The notes: generated by a model not told the origin, from the letters alone. Numbered from the stretch's first letter, positions 48,678 to 57,753 are shown. The stretch: 64,000 nucleotides of DNA from an uncultured Gammaproteobacteria bacterium (GCA_905479875.1 CAJQOG010000060.1:3853-67852); one strand, 5' to 3'. Made by a program: numbers and translations.

Positions 48678-51305
48678 TTATTTACCAAACAAGTCTTTAA
48701 GCCTATCTTTTGCTTTTTGCTCAAGTTCGTTTTTTTTCTGCTCGACGGGATCCACTTCTTCTGGCTTAACTTCAGGCTCCTGACTAGGATCTTCCGTCTC
48801 AGGACTGGCTTGATCTTCAGGGTTTTGTGAAATGGGCTCCTCTGCCGGTGTTTCTACTGGCGCTGGCTCATTTCTAGCGCCACCGAAAAGTCCGCCTAAT
48901 TTATCTCCCAATTTATCTTTAATCTTGTCTTCTAGTTCCTCTTTAACTCTATCTTCCGTTTTTTTGCGAATGTAGCCTGCAACATCTGGTCTGATTTTTG
49001 GTTCAAATAAAGTGCCCGTGATTTTCACTGGAATACTTGCACCAACTAATTCATCTAAACTCAATTCAGCACTAGAGCCGGACACCGCAGATTTACTTTC
49101 CAAGATATCGGCATTAACAGAATAGTTAATCTCATTACTACTTAAGTTAAGTTGTCCATTACCCCTAATACGCATACGTGGCATTACGGCAAGAAAATCT
49201 TCATTTTTCAACAAGCCCTGAGCAACATTTGCTGTTGCTGATAATTGCTTGAAAGCGGTTTGCTTTGTATCTACAGCCTCATTAGTTTCCCGTCGCAATA
49301 AAGCTAAGGCATTAGCTACAGCGTAATTTAAGTCGAATCCTTGTAACACACCGTCATTTACTTTCAGATCCAAATCACCCAATGCATTTGCACGCATTTC
49401 TCCTACCGTTTTTCCACGCGTGTCTATAGTAATACGACCAGTGGTTGAACCTGTCATCATCTGCTCTGCCCACAAAGCATCGCCCATGGCAGCTAAATCA
49501 ATTCCCGTAATATTTTCAGCAGTTTGCAGTCTTGGAACATCACCACTAACATCCAAACGAATGTCACCAGAATATTGGCCTCCAAAGAAGCCTGCTTTAG
49601 AAGGAAAGACCCTTAATTTACCATCTAATAAATTAATACCCGCTTCTAAATCTGTAGTAATAATGTTGGCGACAGTCATTTTGCCAACTTTCAATGAGCC
49701 CTTTGCATCCCACTCTTTAAGTGGCGCTTGTGGAATAACAATGGCATTGATTGCAGCATCTTTAGCAGCTGAACTCTGCTTATCTTGTAATGCGTCCGCT
49801 TGTTTGGGTGGAATTAATCTATTTGCGTCTAAACTTTCAGCCGATAAATCGAAAGTGATTTTCTTCGCCTTTAAATCTGTAAGTGCCGCTCTGCCTAACC
49901 ACTTTGTCCCATCAATGAAAGCTGTCATCTCTGTAAGTGATGCACTATTCTTTGATGCTGTAAAATTTGCATCTAATTTGGCTTGAGTCCATGCTTCGTC
50001 AGACATTTCTGGTAATTCAATCTCTAGCCTAGCGGCTAATTCCTTAGGGGAAAACTCTGCAAGCTTAATGTTACCGGTTAAAGACAAATTATCATCGACT
50101 ATATTTTTTCCAGTTACCGAGCCCCTTATATCTAATTCAAAAACCTTGGCAACAAAGTCTTGTAAAAATACTTTATTAGTCTCCAAGCTTAAAGATAAAC
50201 TGGGTGCGGCAAGTTGAGCGCTTAATTCTTTTTCCGGCAAAGAATCACCTTTAGCTGTTCCGTTTAAGTTGAATGATTCCAAGCCCAAGGTTTTGTTCGC
50301 AAAACTCAAACGCTCCGCTTGTAAAGCACTTTGTAAACTATCACCTGGCAAGGCGCTGCCTTGTAATTCAACTTTAATATCCGCTTTAGGTAAACTCAGT
50401 GCATCATCCTTGTAAGTTAAAGTAGTGCCTTTAATTATAATGTCAGCTTGTTTAGCTAAACTTGGCATATTAGTTATATCAATTTGTATCTCTGGATTAC
50501 TTAATACTAGCTCACCCTGAATGTAGCGAATGTCAGTCACATCAATATCGGCATGGATATTTTCAGCTTGTGCATCTAGACCTTGAATATCCAGACTAAT
50601 CACTGGATCTGAAAATACGAAATTTTCAAGATCACTTAACTTGGTCTTACCCTTAAGTTTTACCTGACCTTGAATAACAGGCTCTTTAAGCTCAAAAGAA
50701 AACTCACTATCAATCGTAGTTTCTACTCCTGCTTTTAGCTGACCCGTAGAAAACTCCTTAATGGTCAAAGCAATGTCTTGTTTATTTAAGGCGTCAACCC
50801 ATTGCAAATTAGCATTTTGTAAACTAAAGCCTGCGATACTGCCCGTTAACCCATCACTATTGGAACTTGATGATGGAGTATTACTGGACTCAGGCGATTT
50901 AAAGCGTTCTTGAATATCATCCCAATTGCTTGTACCTTGTGCATTGCGCTCTAACCACACATCAACGCCATTTAATTGTATACGGTCGGCTACAACATTC
51001 TTCTTTATAAGCGGCATCAACTGTAAGCGAATAGAAGCTTGCTCGACAGTTAAAAATTTGTCAGCAGAAAAGCCTTCAGCATTACTTAATTCAGCATCGC
51101 TTAGTTCAACCCCTAACCAAGGGTAAAAACTGGCTTTAAGTTCGCCATTTAGACTTAAGTCTCGTCCGGTTTCATCTTTAACTGTTTGAATAATTTTTTC
51201 TTTATAAGAGTTTGCATCAAAAGTAGCCACAAAAATTGCTACAGCAGCTACTGCTAAAATCAGCACTAGAAAAAGTAGTCCAAATATCCATTTAATTACG
51301 CGCAT
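48678..51305 (-). CDS. asmA: AsmA family outer-membrane biogenesis protein
   Basis: N-terminal TM anchor, a long beta-rich repetitive body, and an acidic/Pro-rich tail. The asmA-mutY neighbourhood is known from other gammaproteobacteria. Confidence 0.75.
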   Translation of the reverse strand: MRVIKWIFGLLFLVLILAVAAVAIFVATFDANSYKEKIIQTVKDETGRDLSLNGELKASFYPWLGVELSDAELSNAEGFSADKFLTVEQASIRLQLMPLIKKNVVADRIQLNGVDVWLERNAQGTSNWDDIQERFKSPESSNTPSSSSNSDGLTGSIAGFSLQNANLQWVDALNKQDIALTIKEFSTGQLKAGVETTIDSEFSFELKEPVIQGQVKLKGKTKLSDLENFVFSDPVISLDIQGLDAQAENIHADIDVTDIRYIQGELVLSNPEIQIDITNMPSLAKQADIIIKGTTLTYKDDALSLPKADIKVELQGSALPGDSLQSALQAERLSFANKTLGLESFNLNGTAKGDSLPEKELSAQLAAPSLSLSLETNKVFLQDFVAKVFELDIRGSVTGKNIVDDNLSLTGNIKLAEFSPKELAARLEIELPEMSDEAWTQAKLDANFTASKNSASLTEMTAFIDGTKWLGRAALTDLKAKKITFDLSAESLDANRLIPPKQADALQDKQSSAAKDAAINAIVIPQAPLKEWDAKGSLKVGKMTVANIITTDLEAGINLLDGKLRVFPSKAGFFGGQYSGDIRLDVSGDVPRLQTAENITGIDLAAMGDALWAEQMMTGSTTGRITIDTRGKTVGEMRANALGDLDLKVNDGVLQGFDLNYAVANALALLRRETNEAVDTKQTAFKQLSATANVAQGLLKNEDFLAVMPRMRIRGNGQLNLSSNEINYSVNADILESKSAVSGSSAELSLDELVGASIPVKITGTLFEPKIRPDVAGYIRKKTEDRVKEELEDKIKDKLGDKLGGLFGGARNEPAPVETPAEEPISQNPEDQASPETEDPSQEPEVKPEEVDPVEQKKNELEQKAKDRLKDLFGK

Positions 51306-51535
51306 AGGTTTTTAGTCTTGTTTATGAAAAAAGTTAATAAATACCACGGTATTTATAGGTCAGTGTAACGCTTCAAGATGAATTTAAAATGAAGCAGATA
51401 GAAGTTCGACCTCTAAAACAGTGATTTTACGTCAGCTTGAGTGAAATATATTGTATTAAAGTCAATTGCGTAGATTTTTCAAGCAGTTGAAGCTTATATA
51501 CAGTCTCTACTAGTCTATTACGTTAAAATACACCC

Positions 51536-52228
51536 ATGGATAAAGAAAACTCGAACATTAAATTTCCGCGTAGCATTAAGAGCTTTGTTTTGCGTGAAGG
51601 CCGTTTTACCGAAGGCCAGCAGCACGCCTTTGAATTACATTGGAAAAGCTTTGGCCTGGATTACATAGACAAGCTTGTGGATTTACCCACACTATTCGAG
51701 CGTGAAGCGCCCACGATTCTAGAAATTGGCTTTGGCAATGGCGACAGCTTGGCTCAAATGGCTGAACAAAACCCACAAAATAATTACCTTGGCATTGAAG
51801 TGCATCGACCGGGTGCCGGTCAACTATTACAACAAATTGAGAAAAGAGAACTGAGTAATCTTCGTGTGAGTACTCGTGATGCGGTTGACGTTTTAAAAAA
51901 TCAATTACCTGAAAACAGCTTAAATGGCGCTCAAATCTTCTTTCCTGATCCATGGCCTAAAAAACGCCACCATAAACGTCGTATCATTCAAGGTGATTTT
52001 ATGACGCTATTGGCTAGCCGTTTAAATAAAAATGGCTTTGTACACCTGGCCACCGATTGGGCGCCGTATGCTAATCATATGTTAGAAGTTATGCAAAGCC
52101 ATCCAGACTATACAAATACTAGTGAAAATTTTATTGCCAGACCTGAATTTAGACCCTTAACTAAGTTTGAACAACGAGGTTTAAAACTTGGGCATGAGAT
52201 TTTTGATTTAATGTTTGTTAAAAAATAG
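51536..52228 (+). CDS. trmB: tRNA (guanine46-N7)-methyltransferase
   Basis: LEIGFGNG, NYLGIEVH, FFPDPWPKKRHHKRR, TKFEQRG. Confidence 0.9.
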   Translation: MDKENSNIKFPRSIKSFVLREGRFTEGQQHAFELHWKSFGLDYIDKLVDLPTLFEREAPTILEIGFGNGDSLAQMAEQNPQNNYLGIEVHRPGAGQLLQQIEKRELSNLRVSTRDAVDVLKNQLPENSLNGAQIFFPDPWPKKRHHKRRIIQGDFMTLLASRLNKNGFVHLATDWAPYANHMLEVMQSHPDYTNTSENFIARPEFRPLTKFEQRGLKLGHEIFDLMFVKK

Positions 52229-52230
52229 TT

Positions 52231-53286
52231 TTGTCTCAAACTTACGACAGCATCATTATCGGACAAGGCCTTGCTGGCAGCATTCTTGCATACCGTCTAC
52301 TTATAAGCGGAAAAAAAGTTTTAGTCATAGATAATCAACATCATGGCTCGTCATCAAAAGTTGCTGCAGGCATTATCAATCCTATCACTGGGTACCGGCT
52401 AATAACCAATGTTTTATTAAGCAAACAAAGAGAATGCTCTCTCCGCTTGTATAAAGAATTAGAAAAATTACTCAACCAGAAACTCGTTAGCGAATTAAAG
52501 CAGTTTCGTTTATTAAAATCTGAAGAACAAGCTAGCTTTTGGGAAAAACGCAAAAACCACTCTACCTATAAAGACTATGCTGGCGACTCATTTTCTAGTT
52601 TTGAGCCTTTTTTAAAAAACGATTTTGGTGTAGTAGAAATCCATAAAACTCTTCGTATACACACTTCGGAGCTTCTACTTAATTTAAAACAGTGGCTTAT
52701 TAAAAACAACAGTTATCTTGTTCAAAAAATCCATCACCATAAAATAGAAGTATCAACTAATAAAATTACAATAGGCCAATTAGAAAGCCAAAACATCATA
52801 TTTTGTGAAGGCTACCAAGTGCGCCATAATCCTTGGTGGAAACATTTACCTTTTAAATTATCAAAAGGTGAAATTTTAAAAGTTGAACTGGATAGACCAA
52901 TCAATGCGATGCTGAACTGGCGACAATGGCTGGTTCCTGATTCAGAAAGTGGTAAAACAGCATTATTGGGAGCTAATTATGAATGGGGTGAATTTTCAAA
53001 TGAAGACGCTTGCAATGTAACTAGTGAAGCAAGGGAGTATCTTATGATGCGCTTGGCAAACAATACAAAATTGAACGCTAAGCTTATTGAACAAACGGCT
53101 GGTGTTCGACCGACACCAACACACCGTTATCCATACATCGGAAGCCATAAAGAATCGAGTAATGTGTTTTGCTTTAATGGTTTTGGCAGCAAAGGTTGCT
53201 TAACCATCCCATATTACAGCAGTTTATTTGCAGACCATCTAATTAAGAATACTCCATTGCCTGAAGATGTTACTAGATGGCTATAG
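52231..53286 (+). CDS. DAO-family FAD-dependent oxidoreductase
   Basis: N-terminal dinucleotide fold IIIGQGLAGSILAYRL...VLVID. TTG start 2 nt after the trmB stop. The 3' end overlaps the next gene by 10 nt. Confidence 0.75.
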   Translation: MSQTYDSIIIGQGLAGSILAYRLLISGKKVLVIDNQHHGSSSKVAAGIINPITGYRLITNVLLSKQRECSLRLYKELEKLLNQKLVSELKQFRLLKSEEQASFWEKRKNHSTYKDYAGDSFSSFEPFLKNDFGVVEIHKTLRIHTSELLLNLKQWLIKNNSYLVQKIHHHKIEVSTNKITIGQLESQNIIFCEGYQVRHNPWWKHLPFKLSKGEILKVELDRPINAMLNWRQWLVPDSESGKTALLGANYEWGEFSNEDACNVTSEAREYLMMRLANNTKLNAKLIEQTAGVRPTPTHRYPYIGSHKESSNVFCFNGFGSKGCLTIPYYSSLFADHLIKNTPLPEDVTRWL

Positions 53287-53849
53287 AACATAAACCGCAT
53301 CTTACTCAACAAGCGCATAGCCTCATCCAGGAGCACTTCAAATCTCTTGATATGACCCCTAGACATGCCATTGATGCAACCTGCGGCAATGGGTTTGACA
53401 CTTTGTTTTTAGCCGAATTAGTTAATGAAAATGTGTACGCCTTTGATATTCAAGATATAGCGATTAAAAATACTCAAGAAATATTGCAAGGAAAAAACTT
53501 AGACCATAAAGTTAAATTAATAAAATCTGGGCATGAGAACCTTACAAATTATATTAAAAAACCAATTGACATCATCATGTTCAATTTAGGTTACTTGCCG
53601 CAAGCCGATAAGACTATCACCACAATCACTAATACAAGCATCACAGCTATAGAATATGCCTTGTCTTTACTTTCAAACCATGGCTTGTTAAGTATTCTTT
53701 GCTATCCAGGACACCTCGAAGGGAAAAAAGAAACCATGGCGACAAATGCTCTAGTTGAAAACCTGCCTGAAAAATTTAAGGTTAATAAGCATCAGTCGCA
53801 TTTCCAAAACTTTAAATCACCTATACTTTATCTAGTTAGTAAAATTTAG
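53277..53849 (+). CDS. YtqB/MnmM-family class I SAM-dependent methyltransferase
   Basis: DATCGNGFDTLFLAELV, VYAFDIQ, MFNLGYLPQADKTITT, YPGHLEGKKE. This matches my recollection of the 'putative rRNA methylase' (PF06962) family that includes B. subtilis YtqB. Confidence 0.75.
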   Translation: MAIEHKPHLTQQAHSLIQEHFKSLDMTPRHAIDATCGNGFDTLFLAELVNENVYAFDIQDIAIKNTQEILQGKNLDHKVKLIKSGHENLTNYIKKPIDIIMFNLGYLPQADKTITTITNTSITAIEYALSLLSNHGLLSILCYPGHLEGKKETMATNALVENLPEKFKVNKHQSHFQNFKSPILYLVSKI

Positions 53850-54892
53850 TCCTTACCTTTAAAATCAATAAAATTAGTTACAAATTTTTGAGCTATTTGA
53901 TTACCATTTTCTGCAGCAATTTCAATCCATCTTTCGCCCTTGCGTTTACTACTCCTACATTGCGTATCTTGAATTAACCTCAAACCAATTATTAACTGTG
54001 CCTGATGATAGCCATTTTTCGCCGACAACTCGAGTAACTCATTGCGTTTTTTATAATCAATTTTAGCTTTAAACAAACCTGGTACCGCAGTAGCTAATAA
54101 ATATTGAGCCCTCGAATTATCAGCATTTGCCATTTCAATAAATTTCGCGACAGAGGCTTTGCTATGTTCGGCTTGAACCTTAGACCATTTCTTTGTATGA
54201 AAAGTAATATCGTATGTTGCATAACGTAATGGAACTTGATTTGGAAGAGTTTCAAACAGTGGGTATTCAAATTTCTTTACTGCACGCATTGTTTCTACGG
54301 CATAACCTAAGCCTCGTGGAAACTCATCTAACAAATCTACGTCTACAACCTTGCCCTCAGCATTAATACTGTAACCAACGTTTATATAACCGTTGACTTG
54401 TTTCCTTCTGGCTGTGCTAGGGGCTTTGGGCTTAATTTGCTTAACGGCTGTGTATACTGGTTCTTTAGAGGTGAGATAGTCCTCTCGACTGCAAACAAAG
54501 GGTTGTAACTTACTTGTGTAACTTTGCGAACCATACTGCTCTTCTAAGTTCAAAAAAACCGCTTCAGATTCACTAGCTTGCGTGATTGATAATTTGTTTT
54601 TAGCATTAACTGTAGAATATTGCTCATTAAAACTATTAGCTATCTTCATCCATGCGTAAGCTTGCTCATAGCTTTGTTCAACATACACACCCTGAGAATA
54701 CATAAGGCCAATATTGTAAATTGCCTCTGCATTACCAACTGCAGCTAACTGCATAAACTCTCTGTAGGCAGATTCATGATCACCATTTGCATAATTATCC
54801 ATAGCACCAACAAAATCAGCATAAGAACTACTATTCACAGAGTTAACTAAAAAAACTGCAAAAACTATTAAAACTGAGTAAATGTATTTCAT
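53846..54892 (-). CDS. secreted Sel1-repeat protein with an internal TonB_C-like domain
   Basis: Signal peptide. Sel1-like repeats (GNAEAIYNIGLMYSQGVYVEQSYEQAYAWMKIA; GYHQAQLIIGLRL; ENGNQIAQ). The central segment INVGYSINAEGKVVDVDLLDEFP is TonB_C-like. Confidence 0.6.
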   Translation of the reverse strand: MKYIYSVLIVFAVFLVNSVNSSSYADFVGAMDNYANGDHESAYREFMQLAAVGNAEAIYNIGLMYSQGVYVEQSYEQAYAWMKIANSFNEQYSTVNAKNKLSITQASESEAVFLNLEEQYGSQSYTSKLQPFVCSREDYLTSKEPVYTAVKQIKPKAPSTARRKQVNGYINVGYSINAEGKVVDVDLLDEFPRGLGYAVETMRAVKKFEYPLFETLPNQVPLRYATYDITFHTKKWSKVQAEHSKASVAKFIEMANADNSRAQYLLATAVPGLFKAKIDYKKRNELLELSAKNGYHQAQLIIGLRLIQDTQCRSSKRKGERWIEIAAENGNQIAQKFVTNFIDFKGKD

Positions 54893-54945
54893 GATTGCCT
54901 TTTAATATTAACTTTGTTTAACAACATTCTACTTTAAAAATGCAT

Positions 54946-55197
54946 AAAAAAACCCGAACAAAATTAATGTTCGGGTTTTGCCATCCTGGCAATAGTGTAG
55001 GCGATCTAAAATCAATCCTTTGAAAAATCAAACGAGTTGCGTTCTCGTTATAGTGAGCTAACGGTTGATACAATAAGATTCATCCTAAATCATTCATCAA
55101 CAAAGCAATCTAATCCATCAATGAGCTCCCTGCCCAAATTATTGCTTGTTTACTATCCTTAAGCTCTTTGCTATCCCTAAACATCCTTGTTGAAGCC
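54946..55197 (-). ncRNA. candidate Csr/Rsm-family (CsrB/RsmY/RsmZ-like) CsrA-sequestering sRNA; 5' end approximate
   Basis: Eight GGA motifs in ~250 nt of ORF-free sequence, several in hairpin loops (ACA-AGGA-UGU, GAUU-UAGGAUG-AAUC, UCAA-AGGA-UUGA, UUGCC-AGGAU-GGCAA). Terminal strong rho-independent terminator (stem 54950-54960 / 54968-54978, U7). GacA-box-like palindrome upstream. Confidence 0.6.
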
Positions 55198-55247
55198 ATA
55201 TTGCTAGAAAGGCGGATAGTTGTCTGTCAGACATGTACTACATGGTC

Positions 55248-55265
55248 TGTAGGAGACTTCCTACA
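55248..55265. promoter_or_regulatory. GacA/UvrY-box-like palindrome TGTAGG-N6-CCTACA
   Basis: Core of a perfect 10-bp inverted repeat (55245-55268). It differs from the TGTAAG-N6-CTTACA consensus by one symmetric substitution and lies ~55-70 nt upstream of the first GGA hairpin of the candidate sRNA. Confidence 0.45.
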
Positions 55266-55285
55266 GACATTTAAGTTACTGAAAA

Positions 55286-56641
55286 TCAACGAAAAGAAAC
55301 ATATAAACCTGTTTCTTCATCTTCAGAGTTATAGGCTAAGCCAATTCCAATTTGTACACCAACAAACCATGGAACTCTCCAGCGCACCCCAGCACCAGCA
55401 GACCAGCCTAAATTTTTGCGATTACGAGTACCGCTTTCAAAGTAAATGTCGTCTACTTCAGCAAACCACTCAGCACGTAAACTAGGATAGGCCGATAAAC
55501 GTGTGTGCTTAAACGGTTTAAATGTAAATGGGGTAAGGTACGCGGCTTTTAGGTAATAGTAACGATCACCTTCAAAATCATCATAACTAACACCACGTAA
55601 ACGTGCAGCTTGGCTATTTTGGAACGGCACAAAATCTTCATACGCACCATTACTCCAACCCAAACCTGCTTGCATCTCAACTTCACTGTGCTCACGCAAA
55701 CCAACAGCGTGATGCCAGTTGGCGAATAGTTCCTGCGTTAATGGGTTTCTATTACCACGTGTTGCAAGGCTGGGTTCAACACGGTATGTAAAATCAAACC
55801 CTTCAAGACTATAGCGCCGATCATGCAGTTGATTGTAATGCGCTTGAAACTCAATACCTAAATGACTTTGGTCTGCGTCATCAATTCCACTAATCGCTGG
55901 ATTTGTACTTTTCCATGAGCGGTGACTTAAGGCTGAACCAATACGCCAACCTTTTTGTCGTTGGCTCTTATGAAACCAGCGAGAAATGCCTACATTTGAC
56001 GAGCGAAAAATCTCATTAAAAGGGGTATCTGTGGCAACACCATCAAAGGCTCTTGTTTCTAAATCGATGTAAGTAAACCCAATTTGTCCGTCGTAATCAG
56101 AATTTTTTATTTGTGGGCTAGAAAATGAAATTGCAGCTTTGCTCTCGCTCTCCCTGATATCTGAATCATAGGTTTTTTTCCGAATATTTAAACGACCCTT
56201 TTGATTCAGGCCACCTATATTGCTCCAGTTGCCACGGATACCGTAATTTAAACTTCCGGATTCGGTGCTTGCTACGTATGGGATAACTAGAAGATAACGC
56301 TTTTCAAGCATCGTAAAATTAATGCTTACCGAGTTTTCACTTTGCTGGCTTTCAGCGTCTACAGATTTAAATAAACTTAAGTCTTCAATAGCTTGACGAG
56401 CAGCTTCGAGATTTTTGCAGGTATGAATATCACCGACCTGCAAATCAATTTGTCTTTTAACAATACTCAATCGGGTCGTATTTAAACCCACATAGTCGAT
56501 GGAGTTAATCCGACTGCCTTCACCTACACATTCTAGCGAACCAGCAAATAGCGATTTACAGGTAAACAATACAAGAATGGAAAAACTTATTCGTAAGATA
56601 AAGTTAATCTCACAAACCAAAGGCCGTGCGAATGCCATCAA
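55286..56641 (-). CDS. Omp85-superfamily outer-membrane protein (single POTRA plus surface-antigen beta-barrel)
   Basis: Signal peptide, POTRA-like segment (IDYVGLNTTRLSIVKRQIDLQVGD...EAARQAIEDLSLFKSVD), and alternating beta-strand pattern to the C-terminus. The 5' end overlaps marC by 32 nt. Confidence 0.6.
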   Translation of the reverse strand: MMAFARPLVCEINFILRISFSILVLFTCKSLFAGSLECVGEGSRINSIDYVGLNTTRLSIVKRQIDLQVGDIHTCKNLEAARQAIEDLSLFKSVDAESQQSENSVSINFTMLEKRYLLVIPYVASTESGSLNYGIRGNWSNIGGLNQKGRLNIRKKTYDSDIRESESKAAISFSSPQIKNSDYDGQIGFTYIDLETRAFDGVATDTPFNEIFRSSNVGISRWFHKSQRQKGWRIGSALSHRSWKSTNPAISGIDDADQSHLGIEFQAHYNQLHDRRYSLEGFDFTYRVEPSLATRGNRNPLTQELFANWHHAVGLREHSEVEMQAGLGWSNGAYEDFVPFQNSQAARLRGVSYDDFEGDRYYYLKAAYLTPFTFKPFKHTRLSAYPSLRAEWFAEVDDIYFESGTRNRKNLGWSAGAGVRWRVPWFVGVQIGIGLAYNSEDEETGLYVSFR

Positions 56642-57236
56642 TCATAAACTGCACGGCCAAAGCACATAAAACAACGCCCAAGAGTCTATCCAATACATTT
56701 GCACCTGTTTCACCCAATAACTTCATCACAGGTTTAGACAACAATAAAAATATTAGTGCCAGTGCCAGTACAATTAATACTATAACAATCAAGGCCGTGA
56801 ACATTACAGGATCATTACGCATATCAGTACTTAGTAACAATACTGTAGTAATAGTACCCGGCCCAGCTATTAATGGGAAAGCTAATGGAAAAACAGAAAT
56901 ATCATCTTTTTGCCTAGCCTCAGCAGACTCTTTAACCGTCGTGGAACGCAAGCCTGTATGACGTGCAAATACCATATCAAAACCATTAATTAGCAAAAGC
57001 AATCCACCTGCAATTTTAAAAGCTGGAATGGTTATTCCCATGGCCCTAAGAAAGTGTCCACCAATGAATAAAAACATTAATAAAATTACTGTAGACAAAA
57101 AAGTAGCCTTATAAGCCATCTTTTTTCGATAGGCATCACTGCCACCACGAGTCATAGCTCCAAAAATTGGCGCAAGTGCAATAGGATCTATTACAACAAA
57201 AAGAATAATAAAAGTGTTAACTAACTGTTCTATCAT
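56610..57236 (-). CDS. MarC family (UPF0056) integral membrane protein
   Basis: Six-TM protein with the N-terminal FVVIDPIALAPIF family motif. Confidence 0.85.
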   Translation of the reverse strand: MIEQLVNTFIILFVVIDPIALAPIFGAMTRGGSDAYRKKMAYKATFLSTVILLMFLFIGGHFLRAMGITIPAFKIAGGLLLLINGFDMVFARHTGLRSTTVKESAEARQKDDISVFPLAFPLIAGPGTITTVLLLSTDMRNDPVMFTALIVIVLIVLALALIFLLLSKPVMKLLGETGANVLDRLLGVVLCALAVQFMIDGIRTAFGL

Positions 57237-57432
57237 GATTTTGCTATCGCAACAAATATAATATATTTGTTTATTTGAGATGAGAAGAGTAACTTAAAGT
57301 TACACCTTAAAAAGATATTTGCAATTTTAAAAATATTTATTTTTTAACCGCAACATCACCGTTATAAGGAGACATTGTACGCGAAACTTTAAAAAAAAAC
57401 TTTTAACAATTATATAGCTTAGGATTCAGACT

Positions 57433-57717
57433 ATGCGATTGCCTCATCCAATTATCGGGAAATGGTACAAGCTTGACAATGGCGAACTTTTTGAAGTTGT
57501 TGCAATTGACGAGCATGACCGTACTATTGAAATTCAGCACTATGATGGCTCAATAGGTGAGTATGATTTTGACTCATGGGCTATTAGTGAAATTACGGAG
57601 AGCTCCCCACCTGAAGACTGGTCCGGCGCATACGACATACTACCTGAAGACTACGGCGTTGATCGTGAACAGCATATTGCCGGATATCGTGGCAATCAAT
57701 TAGACAGGTTTGAATAA
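57433..57717 (+). CDS. small acidic hypothetical protein
   Basis: 94-aa ORF with AGGA upstream. No family recognised with confidence. Confidence 0.5.
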   Translation: MRLPHPIIGKWYKLDNGELFEVVAIDEHDRTIEIQHYDGSIGEYDFDSWAISEITESSPPEDWSGAYDILPEDYGVDREQHIAGYRGNQLDRFE

Positions 57718-57753
57718 ATCTAGTATTTTGAATTCTTCTTGGCTTCATTCAAA

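Noticed and set aside
55244-55270. The 10-bp perfect hairpin right after the Omp85-like stop codon, considered as a simple intrinsic terminator of that gene.
   Set aside because: It is not followed by a U-tract on the minus strand. Its core fits the GacA/UvrY-box pattern and its position relative to the downstream GGA-rich element fits a UAS. It may still act as an RNA-stabilising hairpin, so this is a reinterpretation rather than a full rejection.
55168-55485. 105-aa plus-strand ORF spanning the intergenic region and the 3' end of the Omp85-like gene.
   Set aside because: It has no RBS and overlaps the OMP gene antisense. The intergenic part is better explained by the minus-strand GGA-rich sRNA candidate and its upstream palindrome.
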